NCBI GenBank assembly: GCA_010015805.1
Contig: ML978130.1
Coordinates: 1-64,000, forward strand
Reading direction: 5' to 3'
Source of the DNA: Rhizodiscina lignyota
Lineage: Eukaryota
Length of the DNA stretch: 64,000 bases
Shown piece after piece: positions 14,426 to 26,016 of this stretch. The notes under the pieces are model-generated. The model was not told the origin of the DNA and searched no databases. It saw nothing but the letters and a program-made list of their open reading frames with translations. Made by a program: the position numbers and the translations under genes. The first letter of the stretch is position 1, and every line of letters starts with the position of its first letter.

Positions 14426-14659
14426 TAACAATCTATTTATTCTAATATAAGAGATTAAGCTTTAGAAATTAAGATAGTATATACTTAATAATAGAGTATA
14501 ATAGCTATTTAACTATTATTTTAAAGCTATTCTTATAATTATATATAGATAAAAACCTTTTAAAAGAGGAGAATACTAAGACGCTATTCCTAATTAGGAA
14601 TCTTAGGATAGTAGTACTACCCTAGTATTTAAGAATAGAGTATAGCCTAAAACTATTAT

Positions 14660-15000
14660 AATAAAAGCGTATATAGCTACTTTATACCCTTTTCTACTCT
14701 TTTTTCTAATTATTATATAGTATATACTATCTTTTATATATATATATATAGTAAGCTATACTTTTATCTTAACTCTTAGCTTATAGTTATATAAGTATTA
14801 TAATTTACCCCTATATTTTACCCTTTCTACTAGTAACCTCTTTAACTTTACTATACTTACTATACTACTATACTATAAATTATTTAGTAAATAGGACCTA
14901 TTCTCTACTACCTATACCTACTACTTACTATCCTACTCTTTTTTCCCCCTATTTAAGCTTACTACGCGCTTAAGCCCTAAGCTAAATCTAAGTAATAGAA
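14660..15000 (+). repeat. Third, partial copy of block 4646-5077
   Basis: Colinear with ~4725-5077 and with 13470-13818. Confidence 0.8.
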
Positions 15001-15247
15001 TTTATTTCGTAATATATTCTTAAGAGAGTAGTAAATTATAACGCGATCTATATATATAATATAGGGGTAGTTAGTAGAAATTAGGAATGTAACGCGTTTT
15101 ATAGTAGTAGGGTTAGGGTTAAATAAGCGAAAGGGTAGGAATATGTTATATTCTAGAGTAGAATACTTGAGTAGTAAGTTACAACATATCTATCGAATTG
15201 TTTATTCTAGGCTTAAAAATATATTACTATTATCTACAAAGACGACT

Positions 15248-16129
15248 ATGCCGCTAAGTTCGGTCACGTTGATACTCTCGCCTTACCACGTCGGCAACTA
15301 CAATGTGGATGTGGGAGCCGGGCCATTGCGCGTTCTAAACCATGGACTCATCTCTGCTCTCGAAGAACTTGGCGTTAAAGTGAAAGTTGAAGAGATTCCT
15401 CGCGCCGACACCCTTATTGGAGAGATTGGAAAGAGCTTTGAATTGCTACGTCGAACCTCTAAGCTTGTGAGGCAAGCAAAAATGGCCAACTCTTTTCCGA
15501 TCATTCTCTCTGGAAATTGTATGGCAACTGTAGGCGTAGCTGCTGGAATCGGAGCCGCTGACCTTGGGTGCGTCTGGTTCGATGCGCATGACGATTACCA
15601 TACACCAGACACGATGATGAGCGGATATCTCGATTCGACCGGCGTGTCAATGATGTCGGGCGAGAGCTTCAAAGCACTCATGGGCACAGTTCCAGGACAT
15701 GAAGTGTTTGATCTCCAGCGCTTTATCTTTTGCGGTATTCGCGATGTCACGGGAGTGGAAAGGAAGAGAGTCCAAGAGGGAGGAATGGGCGCGGTTTGGG
15801 GAGGGACGGATGTCGTGGTGGACTTCGCGCAAGAACTTGGGAAAGCTATTGATCGGCGACCCAGCAAAGCAACGATGATACATCTGGATCTCGATGTCTT
15901 GGATGATTCCTTGGGGAAGGTCAACCGGTTCTCCGCACCGGGAGGCTTGTTCGAAGCTGATCTCCAGGCCTGTTTGCGTACAATCGTGGAGAAGACTATT
16001 CCGGCCTCTTTGACTGTGGCATCCTTTGATCCCAGTCTGGACGGCGGAGATGTGATTGTGAACGTCGCTGTAAATGCCATCACGACTGTGATAAAGTCAC
16101 TGTTGGAGAAGAAGTTGCTGACTGTCTAA
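15248..16129 (+). CDS. Arginase/ureohydrolase-family protein (arginase-like subfamily), intronless
   Basis: GAGP, WFDAHDD, GIRDV and HLDLDVLD motifs; ATG at 15248 preferred because the upstream ORF extension lies in RIP-type sequence. Confidence 0.88.
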   Translation: MPLSSVTLILSPYHVGNYNVDVGAGPLRVLNHGLISALEELGVKVKVEEIPRADTLIGEIGKSFELLRRTSKLVRQAKMANSFPIILSGNCMATVGVAAGIGAADLGCVWFDAHDDYHTPDTMMSGYLDSTGVSMMSGESFKALMGTVPGHEVFDLQRFIFCGIRDVTGVERKRVQEGGMGAVWGGTDVVVDFAQELGKAIDRRPSKATMIHLDLDVLDDSLGKVNRFSAPGGLFEADLQACLRTIVEKTIPASLTVASFDPSLDGGDVIVNVAVNAITTVIKSLLEKKLLTV

Positions 16130-16339
16130 GACTCTGAATCACGGAGTTACAGGAGGATCAAGAAGTAAATTGGAAAACAATGCGAGTATATATCGCGTCA
16201 AAGATGGCAGTAAGGGCATGTTGGGCGGATGTCGTCCGAATGCTGTCGGGCTACTTGAACGGTGATTTTGAGCGATTCTTTAGATGGACATGACACACTA
16301 AACAGTAATACTGACCGTACAACCGAGCGAAGTCGTGTT

Positions 16340-17457
16340 TTATTTGCCGTCATAGCTATAAAAGCCAGAGCCAGATTTCACTCCGAGATTACCTTCTGCA
16401 ATCATCTTTTTGAGGAACTCACGAGGGAGCTGCGGCAAACCCTCGCGCTCCGCCGCGTAATGCTCTTCGATATCCAAAACGACGTCAAGACCAACGATGT
16501 CCATTTGCTCACAGGGTCCTTTCGGAGTCTTAAGCACTTCCTTGAATATTGCGTCCAGCTCGGCGGGAGATGCGACCCCTTCCGCAACGGTCAAAAGCGC
16601 CTCGCGTTTGATGGCAGCCCATATCCTTCCATAATCGTTAGCGAAACTCTTACAATGTTGTGTGTAATGTTTACCTGTTGTAGATGTAGCCCGTTGACGT
16701 TCGTTGGACATGGAAAGGCTGGAATCCGTGGAGCTTACACTGCTCCATCACGAGGGCGATCACGTCTGGGGACGTATCGGCTGTGCCCATCACTTCGATC
16801 GCTTTGAAAAGTAAGCGTGTCAATCCCGTATTCGTTCTTGGGCATATCGGACTTGTTATGCTTACCAGCTGTTTCTGGAGGCCAATCTAAGAACGTCAGT
16901 TACTTCCGCAGTAGTGCTGAAGTGCAATGGGGCAATACATGAATGAAGACTGAGGAACCTTGAGCCATTTCGTAATTCCAGTCCATTTATAATCTCCGTG
17001 ATTGTATAGCTGCTGGAATTCGACGCGATGATCGTTTCTTGCGGTGCAACATCGTTCAAGCCCTGCACGACTTTCCTCTTGAGCTCCAGTTTCTCAGGGA
17101 CACACTGAACTAGTCAGTGAGGACGCCGATATGCCGGAAAGACTAGTTTTACTTCAACTACCATCCAAGATGAAGATGCTGCCTTCTCAAGCTCCTTGGA
17201 ATCAAGAAGACGGATCTCCCCCCATTTATGCGGAGATGGATCACTGCCACGTCGGAATGTCTCGATCCGAGTGTATGCAGAATCCAATTGCTTCTCATTC
17301 GGATCAACAAGGTGTACCCGCCGTCCGAGTTTTGACCACTGTGAATATCAATTGGAAGAATTCGAGGCCCCTTTCCAAATTTGAGACGTACCATGAATGC
17401 AAGGCGCGCTCCCTGCGTGCCCGCGCCGAGGAGAGTCACGGCCTTGTTTCTCAGCAT
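16340..17457 (-). CDS. 3-hydroxyacyl-CoA dehydrogenase family protein (multi-exon)
   Basis: LLGAGTQG Rossmann motif, VVE|CVPEKLELK, IIASNSSS, G|YIYNR|IWAAIKRE, GPCEQMDIVGLD, LGVKSGSGFYSY; GT-AG introns join the ORF pieces. Confidence 0.9.
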
Positions 17458-18746
17458 GATCTACTATGTACAACGTATCCAATAAATCAAATGTCGGTGT
17501 CACATATCGAGAAATATGTACAAATGAATGGGAGGCTCGCAGGAGGAGCAAGTGGATTGGAACCATCGTTCGGCGGCCCGCCTCGGCTCATTCTCAAAGC
17601 CACGTACGGACCTAAACGATCTTTATGATTGTCATATTTAATAAAATCATTAAGATAAACCCTCAACATTGACTATCAGAGCTCAAGCTCGGTATGCGAA
17701 ACTGGGCAAATGTCATATCGAGGACCCAAATAGTAGTCACTAACTGCCACCTCCAAATTCTGTTTCGGAGCTCACCCGCTGTCGAACGATCTTCGAAGGC
17801 ATGTGTTTCTCCGCCATCTTGACCTTTCTTCACCACATGTCCACATCGCGAGGCAGTTCAATCTCGTTGTAGTCTTTACTTTGAAACGCTCATTCCTTAC
17901 CTTTGATATCTGCTACTGGTGTAAAGTGGCTCTTGTACTCCCGCGCCGCTACCGTCGTCGAACTATCCGGCCTGGTCCAATGTCAGTTGTAAACATGTCA
18001 CCGTTGTTCCACAAATCCGTCGGCTCATTGCTAAAATACCAACCTGAGATTCTGATAGTCATACCTACACACGAGCTTCTATCGCGTTCAAGACCTTGCT
18101 GCTAAGAACGATGCCTTTCAGTAGTTGTTGCGCGTCCTTCATTGGTCCCGAGGCTCCTTGTTGAACCCTTTTGTTTGTTGTGCCAGGAAAACGCTACGCA
18201 CAATTCACCCTGAGTCTTACACCATGTTGATACTAATGAGTGGATATACACAGAGCTCACTTAGAACTTTCGCGAGCGAAGACGTCTCAACGAAGCGATC
18301 AGTCATCGACCCAGCCATCCCTGAACGATCCACTGCTCCCATCCTCCCTCGAATATCTGTATACTTGGTTGATCTACTGTTTTGAGAAGAGCAGACACAC
18401 ATTGGATGCGTGGGCACGCTTCCTCACGAGCTTGGCTCAGGCCATGGAGGCTGCTGCCACTCTCACGGCCTGCATAGTTAATTTCACTTGGCTATCAGCG
18501 TACGGAGTTGAACGGTACTCCATAAATATTACGGTTTATCTGCAGGCCCAATTCTTCACCCTGCTCCGTCGGAGCATCGCAAATGAACGACGAACAGAAC
18601 AATACGTGTGCAACGACATCGTGCCAATGCTTCGTATCTCCACTCTCGCCTGCTGCTGGAGATCTGTCGTACCAGCGTTCATACCTCATGTCGGCAGCGC
18701 AAGAGTGTTATTTCAATTCTCACAGCCCTGAGTGGACATAACTCTG

Positions 18747-19714
18747 TTAGCCATCCTGGTGCCACGGGTCTGCCGAGTGCTGAAGGAAGAACTTCGTGAC
18801 GGCATCCCAATTCCTACACTTGTACTCGCCACCGTAGGCGTCGAGGTCGTTGGCCAGCTTGCCATTCTCCACGCTAGCTGGAAGCAATGTCAGATCGGCC
18901 GAGCATCGCACGGACTTTTGAAGACGCTGTCAGCGATCCGGTTGATGGAGACCTGATGTACGAGCCGTGCTGACCTGATAGATAAAGTCGACAAAGTGGT
19001 CAATGTGGCCAGCCGCGATGTTACCGATGTCATCCGGCAGCATGTCTGAATGATTGCGCCATTCATCGGATATGTGACCGGAAGTGGCTCGAAGGTAATT
19101 GAGGTTTCGGCGGAGAAGTACCTTCAAGACTGTCAGAAGTTTCAGTAACCGATCCATACCGTGCCTTACCAAGCAATGCATTTGGTGGAGTACCGCAACA
19201 CCATACTCCTCACCATCTAGGCCTGTCTTTTGTGTCTTTGGCCATCCTGCGGGGAGTCCGATATTTTCTCCGTTTTCGACGAGTAATGCGCGATACCCTT
19301 GCTGCCTCCATCAGCTTCTCGATTTTCTCAGCTGGCGAAGACGGGGACGATGAAGGCCCACCTGGGTTTTCTGGGCCTCTTCCCGGTTGAAATCTGGTAA
19401 CTTCTGTTGGAACTGAACTGGTCAGCGGTCACATTTCTCGACGAACGGGATCGACTCCGTTGCTAAGTAGACGAACATTCGGGGAAGAATTTGTCTGAGG
19501 GCGTCTGTGGATTCCACCACGACCAATCCCAGTAATGAAGCTTTAGAGTGATGAAGCCGCACACGTTCAGAGTGAGCAGGAGGTAGAAGAGGACCTGAAA
19601 TGTCAGTTTAATGCGTTTCGATTTCACATCCCCTCGCTTCACTAAGCTACCGTCCTCATCGAGGAACGGAGTTCCCTCGTCATCGAATTTCGTCACGGTC
19701 TTCTTTGAAAACAT
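18747..19714 (-). CDS. UstYa-family/DUF3328 oxidase (copy A), 5 exons; second HxxHC motif reads HIDHF
   Basis: N-terminal TM helix, then spliced YGVAVLHQMHCL...GHIDHFVDFIYQ|SVRCSADLTL...YKCRNWDAV. Confidence 0.85.
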
Positions 19715-20103
19715 TGTTAACGTGAAGAGTGTGAAGTTTTGCAGGAAATGAAAAGAGATGTAAGCGGATAAAGATGTAGCTAAATAAGGCTGTCAGTAAT
19801 CGGTTCCATCCTTTGGGGCGCATTTCCAGAGAATAATCTCGTGGATTGCAGCGAATTTTTGACTTGTTCATGTCCGTCTGACTCAGACAAGCACGAATCC
19901 GTAAGCATAATTCTCAATTTTTGTTCAGAGGGAATAGCTCTTGGAGCGGTTCGTATGTACCCCTCAGCGTGTAGTTGCGCGTCTTCACAGCATTATGCTA
20001 CTCACTCAAGGCTGTGAAAAGGATGATTTCACTGCTATCTATAATCTCTGCATCCTCAGTCCATTGCTTCTATGCTCATTCCGTAATCTATCATACACCA
20101 CTT

Positions 20104-21068
20104 TCACACAAAGCCGCTTCTCGCCATTGCCCACTTGTGTATCTCCTCAAAATTCCGGCACGTATGCACTGCACCGAACTTTGGAATGCCAGTATTGTAC
20201 TTGTCCGACCAGTAGTACGTCAACGGTGTTAAATCGCCGTGACATTGGATCGCTTGTCTCAAGTAGTCAATGCAATGATCTATCTCGCATTAATTTCGGT
20301 ATGATCACGATCGAAGTACGGATGTTTGCCACCAGGATGGTAGTAGTCAAAGTCGACCGCCTTTCTGACCATGTTCTGTTGCATTTAAGCAGGAAGTTCC
20401 ACACTATACCGCAAGACCTTACCACGCAATGTAGCGAATGATAAACGTCAACGCTAGAAGTCCGGTGAGTGATTCCTGTGTCATTTATGTCCAGCCACTA
20501 ACTGACCTTAGCCGCAAGCCTCTTCCGTCAGGATCTCTGATGGTATCACCTTCAATGGTACTTGCCTCGACCCCGCTGAGAACGACTTCAAGGCCTTTGC
20601 TCACCATTAGCTTGAGAAAACATACACCAAAACTGTGGACTTACCGAGCACCATCTTGTCCCAGTTACGGTCGATCTCTACGCTCGGCGTGCCGGCGTAC
20701 TGCGGTCCTGATGTGTCCCGAACAAGTGTGTCATTCTCGTTCAGCTCCAGGCCTCCCGTAAATCGGTACGGTACCAGGCCGACGGATGATCTTGCTGGCG
20801 CTTTCAGAATGTCAGTGAAGCATTTGATAGGGATATGATCACGAAGAGAGTTTCAAACCCAAATCAGTCGCAAACCCGGTCTCGTAGGTGTCCTGTTTCT
20901 GGAGGATCAAAGATCGAAGGGCGAAACCAAGACTGATTCCGCAGAGAAGCGTCACGATGTGTGAAATCCACGGATGGAGATACCAAGGCCGTGTTTCTAA
21001 AATCTGTTTTCTCTCTGTCTCGTCCTCCTTATCCAGAGGAGCAATTGAGAATATTGAAAACGTGCCAT
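20104..21068 (-). pseudogene. UstYa-family/DUF3328 oxidase (copy B), probable pseudogene
   Basis: Spliced GFATDL|APAR..FTGGL..YAGTPSVEIDRNWD..|VDVYHSLHCV|NMVRKA..HT(D)HCIDYLRQAIQCHGDLTP..HTCRNFEEIHKWA; frameshift just after MARFQYSQL; last intron lacks a donor. Confidence 0.85.
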
Positions 21069-21375
21069 CTAGGTTGTCGAAGGTATGAGAATACAACCGC
21101 TGGTTGTCCGAGATGTAGAAATGGATGATTGAATTTGATGGAAAGAACTCAAATCGTGGACTCACTCTGCAAGGACATGGTCAAGGGTCGTAAGCGCAAG
21201 CTAAGGGTTGCATGCTATAAGCATTACCCTGTGCAGATTCGATGCTCGATCCTGCGTTTACTGCTTAGGTCAGATCGGATATCTATGCGGAGCCACCTGC
21301 TACCGCCATCTGCAATCGCTCGTGGTCTTTCATCTTAATTCCACGTACTTTCGAGTCTCCACCAGCAGTTGCACC

Positions 21376-21785
21376 ATGGAAGATGAACCAAAAACTAATC
21401 ATTCATCCGAGTACGGCCTCCTCACAGGATTGAGAACGAGTCACGCAACATTGAAGTTCCTTCGAGGAGACATCAGACCATCAATAGGGAGTGCAATTTG
21501 CCTCAGTATCGCACTTATTCTGACCTTCGTCAACTTTCTCCTTCTTTCACTTCGGTTTGGTTGGAGAGCCGAAGTGCAATCGCTTTGGTATTCGACGGAA
21601 TTAGGTGTGCAATTCGAATCTTGAAAATCCGGTGCGCAGAAAGGCTAATAAAAGAAGGGCCCGCTCGCTCCATCGTCCAGACTGAGACGAGAAGATTCAC
21701 TGGGGGTCTGAAGTTATACGATAATGGCACTTTCTACATGGACTTCTGGCAAGGGGAATTGCGGTCTTTCTCGTGGATATCTTAA
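21376..21785 (+). pseudogene. UstYa-family/DUF3328 oxidase (copy C), only the 5' part remains
   Basis: TM helix then YSTEL|GPARSIVQTETRRFTGGLKLYDNGT, parallel to copy B with the same intron position; stops before any HxxHC motif. Confidence 0.75.
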
Positions 21786-22214
21786 AAGTATTGGCCTTGG
21801 AGTTTTATAGTCGGATTCGTATACAAAATACAATAGAGCACTTGCACTCTTACCCCTTTACCGTCGTCGAGCCGCCCTGCGCGATCTAGTATCAGCTATA
21901 ATCCAGTCAACCTCAGGCTACGAACCCATAAACATATTGCTAAGAAGCGACCTGATGTGTGGATGCCTCGGCCAGGGAAACTATCGATTCACTATTGCAT
22001 AAAGGTACAAATATCATTTTTCTGAATCGATTAAGTGGGGGTATTAAATTGTACTGTCGCGACCTCGTGTGCGATAACATGAAATCTTCCAAAATTTCCG
22101 TTCTTCCCCAATCTTGAAATGACTCCCGCTATTTCGTATCTTCAATTTCATTCCCGATCTAGCTTCAGGTTCGGGAGTGATGGAGAAGACAATGGTAGTA
22201 AAGTTTGTCCTCCG

Positions 22215-24020
22215 CTAACACTTGTTAAACTTTAACATCACCGCCTTGTCATGATTACATGTAAGCTCAAACCTGAATTTCAGCTTCTCATGTCCGCCCT
22301 CCCTCTCTATACTCCGAAATTTCTGCAAGATTTTGACAATTGTATACGACATGGCAACCATGGCAAATTCTTGTCCAATGCAAACTCTCGGTCCCGCGCT
22401 GAACGGTATATAATAAGTACTGTTGGGCTTCCAATATGCCCAACGCTGCGGCTCGAACGTGTTGATGCTTGGAAAAGTTTTCTGATCATCGACTCCAACT
22501 TGAGATCTCCTGTAGAGATCTTCCCGCAAGTGCATCACCAAGGACGAAAAGATTATGCTCTGACCCTTCAGAATAGCAACGGGCCGTAAGCCGTCTGGTC
22601 CGCCACCGACAGGTAGTGTGGTATCCTTCAGTGCTGTACGCATGTTCACAGGCGCAGAGGGATAGAGTCGGAGTGTCTCGTGGAGGCACCAATTCAGATA
22701 GGGTAACTTGTTCTTCAACGTGTTGTAGTCTGAGGGACTACTGTCACCGATGACAGACTGGATCTCTGCGCGGAGATTGGCAACCACATCTGGTCGAGTA
22801 GAGATCTCGTGGAAAAACCAAGCAAGCGAGGACGCGGTCGTGTCACGGGACCCAATCAGCATGGTCAGCAGCTGATCGCGGATGAATTTGCGAGACCTTC
22901 GCATAGAGGCCAATGCGTGAAGGAATGTGTAATCCGTGGCAGTTGTTCTGGCCGACACCTCGGATGGGGGAAGGGAGAGAACTTTGGAAACGTAGGGTTC
23001 GATAAAGGCATCGAGAATTCTGATGCTACTGCGATAGGATGGATGGTAACGGAGGATCCATTTGAATGGACTGAAGTGTTCCACCAAAGAAGTGAAGTTA
23101 GCGACATTCGAATACTGACGGTGACGGAGTCTGGATCAGGGTTAGGCCTTACCCTGCTCGCCATATCAAACATTGAAGTCGTTGTGCCGTACTAAATGCC
23201 TCTGAAATGGCGTCATTGCCTGCATGGCTCAGGCTGTCTATGCTTTCGCCAAATATGAAATGTGTTGTAACATCCATAGCATATCTATCATCTTTAGGCG
23301 GGAATGCTAGAATTGACGGGAATCCCGGCTTACCGATAGATCAGATCTTTAATGTCAACGGCCTTCGCCTCAAGATTCAATTTGTTGACGAGCTTCGATG
23401 AATGTAGCTCGAAAATCCTGAGATCGGAGACTCTCTGCTTCGAAAGTTGCCCTTTAAGGAGTGAACGACTTTCTGACCAGGCATGACCATCGGTGGTCCA
23501 AATAGCATCTCCCAGGAATGGAGAGGTGTTTCTGTGGAACTCCTCTCCTTTACCAAAGTCGCGGAACTTGTCGACAAGGACAGCTCTGATGTTTTCAGGG
23601 TCGGCTGTGAAAATAAACCTGGTACCGATAAAGTTCACTTCGGCTGTGTAACCGTGGTCAGCGTTATTATTGTTGATTTGTGGCCGACATCCGTAGGTTC
23701 GGAAGATATTGAGGTAGAACTCATAGCTCTTCCAGTGCGTCAGCTGCCGTTGTGTGAGAGAGGGTCATGGTTAAACATCTTACTTGATGTGACCTGTAAG
23801 ATTTGATGGACTTGAGCACATAATCAAAACCTTTGCGTCATGGTAAGCATCTCTACCAAAAGAGAGTAAAGCATAACATACCTCCAGGTAATGTAGTTTT
23901 CACGATAGGGGCATGAGTGCCACCCGTGCCAAGCAAACGTTGATTCTGAGAGTGTCTGTGAACAACTATCAAGACCAAGGCAAGAATAGAAGACAAGAGA
24001 AGTAGCAACATTGTTGCCAT
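22215..24020 (-). CDS. Cytochrome P450, CYP52 clan (5 exons)
   Basis: N-terminal TM, FTADPENIRAVL, GSRDTTAS (I helix), ETLRLYP, PQRW, YIPFSAGPRVCIG heme motif; introns restore the frame. Confidence 0.93.
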
Positions 24021-24355
24021 GACTATTCTGACGACTAAGTGATTCGTGAAGTTCTGGTGTTGTCGAGATTCTGATGGTTTAAGTTCTTATCACATCGTGG
24101 TCTCCAGCCTAGACTGTACGTACGTACTCACCGAGAGGCTCCCATGTTTAGTGCTTATCAGACATATTTGGAACCACAGAATGAGAAATCCTGGCTTGCA
24201 AGGACTAAGGTGGCCATGGCTAGCACTCACCGGAATTTCAAACACTAGCAATCTATGACGAAACATCGTGGGGCCGCAGCATTGTGGGTGCTATAAGAAC
24301 CATCATTTGCCATCAATTCACCCTTCTCCCATGGATATTAGCAAAATACAGAAAT

Positions 24356-25193
24356 ATGGTCTGGTTACAGGTCTCGGTGCTGGCGATTGTTGCCATTGGA
24401 ACTCTGAACTGGAAGGTTCTCCCCTTTGTCTGGCACGTAAGATGGCTCAGCCTCTGAGAAGATATTGAAACCCAGACTCATACTCTCACAGCTCAAAGTT
24501 TTCAAGGCGATCTACGATGCGTTTTCCTCAAACTTGCTCTTGCCCAAGCCAGGACAGCAATTTGCCGAGTTCATCACGCCATCTCGATCACCATTTGGAG
24601 AATGTGACCTGTACATGCATAAGTCTAATAGTACTTACTTCAGTGATCTTGACGTTGCTCGAGCGAAACTACTTGCAAATGTATTTCGACCAGCCTGGGT
24701 ATTTTATCAGCAGCAAGGAGAGGTACCACCACATCCGATCTTGGGTGGAGTTGTGTGCCTATTCAAGAAGGAAATACCTCTGTACCAAAGATATGAAATT
24801 CGATCGCGAATTCTGTGTTGGGATCGCAAGTGGCTCTGGATTGTTAGTCATTTTGTGGAAACAGGGCACACTGCAGGCCGTCCACGCGGCCTCTATGCGT
24901 CCTGTCTGTCAAAACTGGTGTTCAAGCAGAAGGGGAGAACGATACCGCCAGAGGAGATCTTCAAGAATGCTGGCTATCTTCCTCCAGGCTATCAAGCGAC
25001 AAAGAAACAGCCGTGGGCAGCTCCGAATTGCCGAAGTTCCAATACTGACCCAGCGCCGCCATCTAGATCAAAGCGTTCGGGTGATTGGGGTTCCGCAGAG
25101 ATAGAAGAAGAAAGGCTCATAGGCTGTGACTGTGCTTTTTTCATGGAATCTCTGGATAGTCTGCATCATAAGCTGATCCCGAACGAGGCTTGA
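24356..25193 (+). CDS. Hotdog-fold thioesterase of the YBR096W/THEM6/LcsJ-AtnL type (1 intron)
   Basis: Spliced MVWLQ..LNWKVLPFVWH|LKVF..ECDLYMHKSNSTYFSDLD..FKKEI..RILCWDRKW. Confidence 0.85.
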
Positions 25194-25270
25194 CTCATCA
25201 GAGGGGAACAACAATCTTACCCACAACAACTAATAGCAGAGGAGTACGTGATAAGTTTTATCGCGCTTAG

Positions 25271-25682
25271 ACTATCGTCTGAATGAAGGAGATACTTGAG
25301 CAGGAAGTTACTTGACTAAGAAATTACCTAATCAGGAAGGCACACTATTGAGGTGCACTCCAGGGACTCTCCGCAGCTTCTCGGTCCGAGGGATACTTCA
25401 CGCAGACGCAATCTTACGCACAAGGCCGAAATTTGAGTATTTTATTTCAATAGCCCTCTTTCTTGGTTGGTTCTTCTCCTTATACTATCGTCTGACCGGG
25501 GAAGATACTTGACCAGGAAATGCCTTGACTAAGAAATTACTCAACCAGGAGAGCACTTTATGGAGACATACTCTCTACAGCTTCTGAGGACACTTTATCG
25601 ACACGCAATCTTACGCAAGAAGCCGAAATTTGAGGCTTTTGTTCGATTAGCCCTCTCTCCTGGTTGGCCCTTCTGCAATGAT
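25271..25682. repeat. Diverged tandem duplication, two ~200-213 bp units
   Basis: actatcgtctga, cttgactaagaaattac, cgcaatcttacgca, gccgaaatttgag and tagccctct each occur twice in order (units start at 25271 and 25484). Confidence 0.85.
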
Positions 25683-26016
25683 ATCTCCATGTCGTTAGCG
25701 GAGGCGACGGTCCATTTCTTCGCAGAAGCATTACACACATACATATAATCCCGCCCTTCTTTATCCAAGGATGAGACTCAATCAACGTTCATCCCCCGTT
25801 CTATCCCATTGCTTTAGGGGCTTACACGGAAAGATTGCCAATGTGTTATGGTTTCACAATGTTTTAGCCTTTAGACTGGAGAACCAGCCAGACTCGTTAC
25901 ATCCACGGCAGATTATCTACTACATATACTACTGAATAATTGTCTTATAAACCTTATCTTTGTCTTCTTATCGTAATTTTGCGGCTTTACTTCACCCTCA
26001 GTTCTGTCTCAGCAAC

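Larger units (their letters stand above)
96..15240. other. RIP-affected subtelomeric block
   Basis: Strong TpA excess and CpA/TpG depletion, (CTA)n/(TAG)n tracts, duplicated copies differing mostly by C/T and G/A transitions; abrupt return to normal composition near 15240. Confidence 0.92.

Noticed and set aside
15108..15120. TAGGGTTAGGGTT as an interstitial telomere
   Set aside because: Only two units within RIP-type sequence; too short to support
15143..15247. N-terminal extension of the arginase-like ORF
   Set aside because: Lies in RIP-type sequence; family similarity starts at the Met at 15248
17650..18740. Possible gene between the dehydrogenase and DUF3328 copy A (tyrosinase, RiPP precursor, or rhodanese-like IFEGGWEQW on the minus strand)
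   Set aside because: No signal peptide with KR repeats, no complete motif set and no consistent exon chain could be built
21790..22210. Missing 3' half of DUF3328 copy C or a precursor peptide
   Set aside because: No HxxHC, CxxD or dibasic repeat pattern found on either strand
25271..25682. CRISPR-like or Kex2-repeat array
   Set aside because: Eukaryotic context, only two long units, no spacers and no KR-delimited repeats
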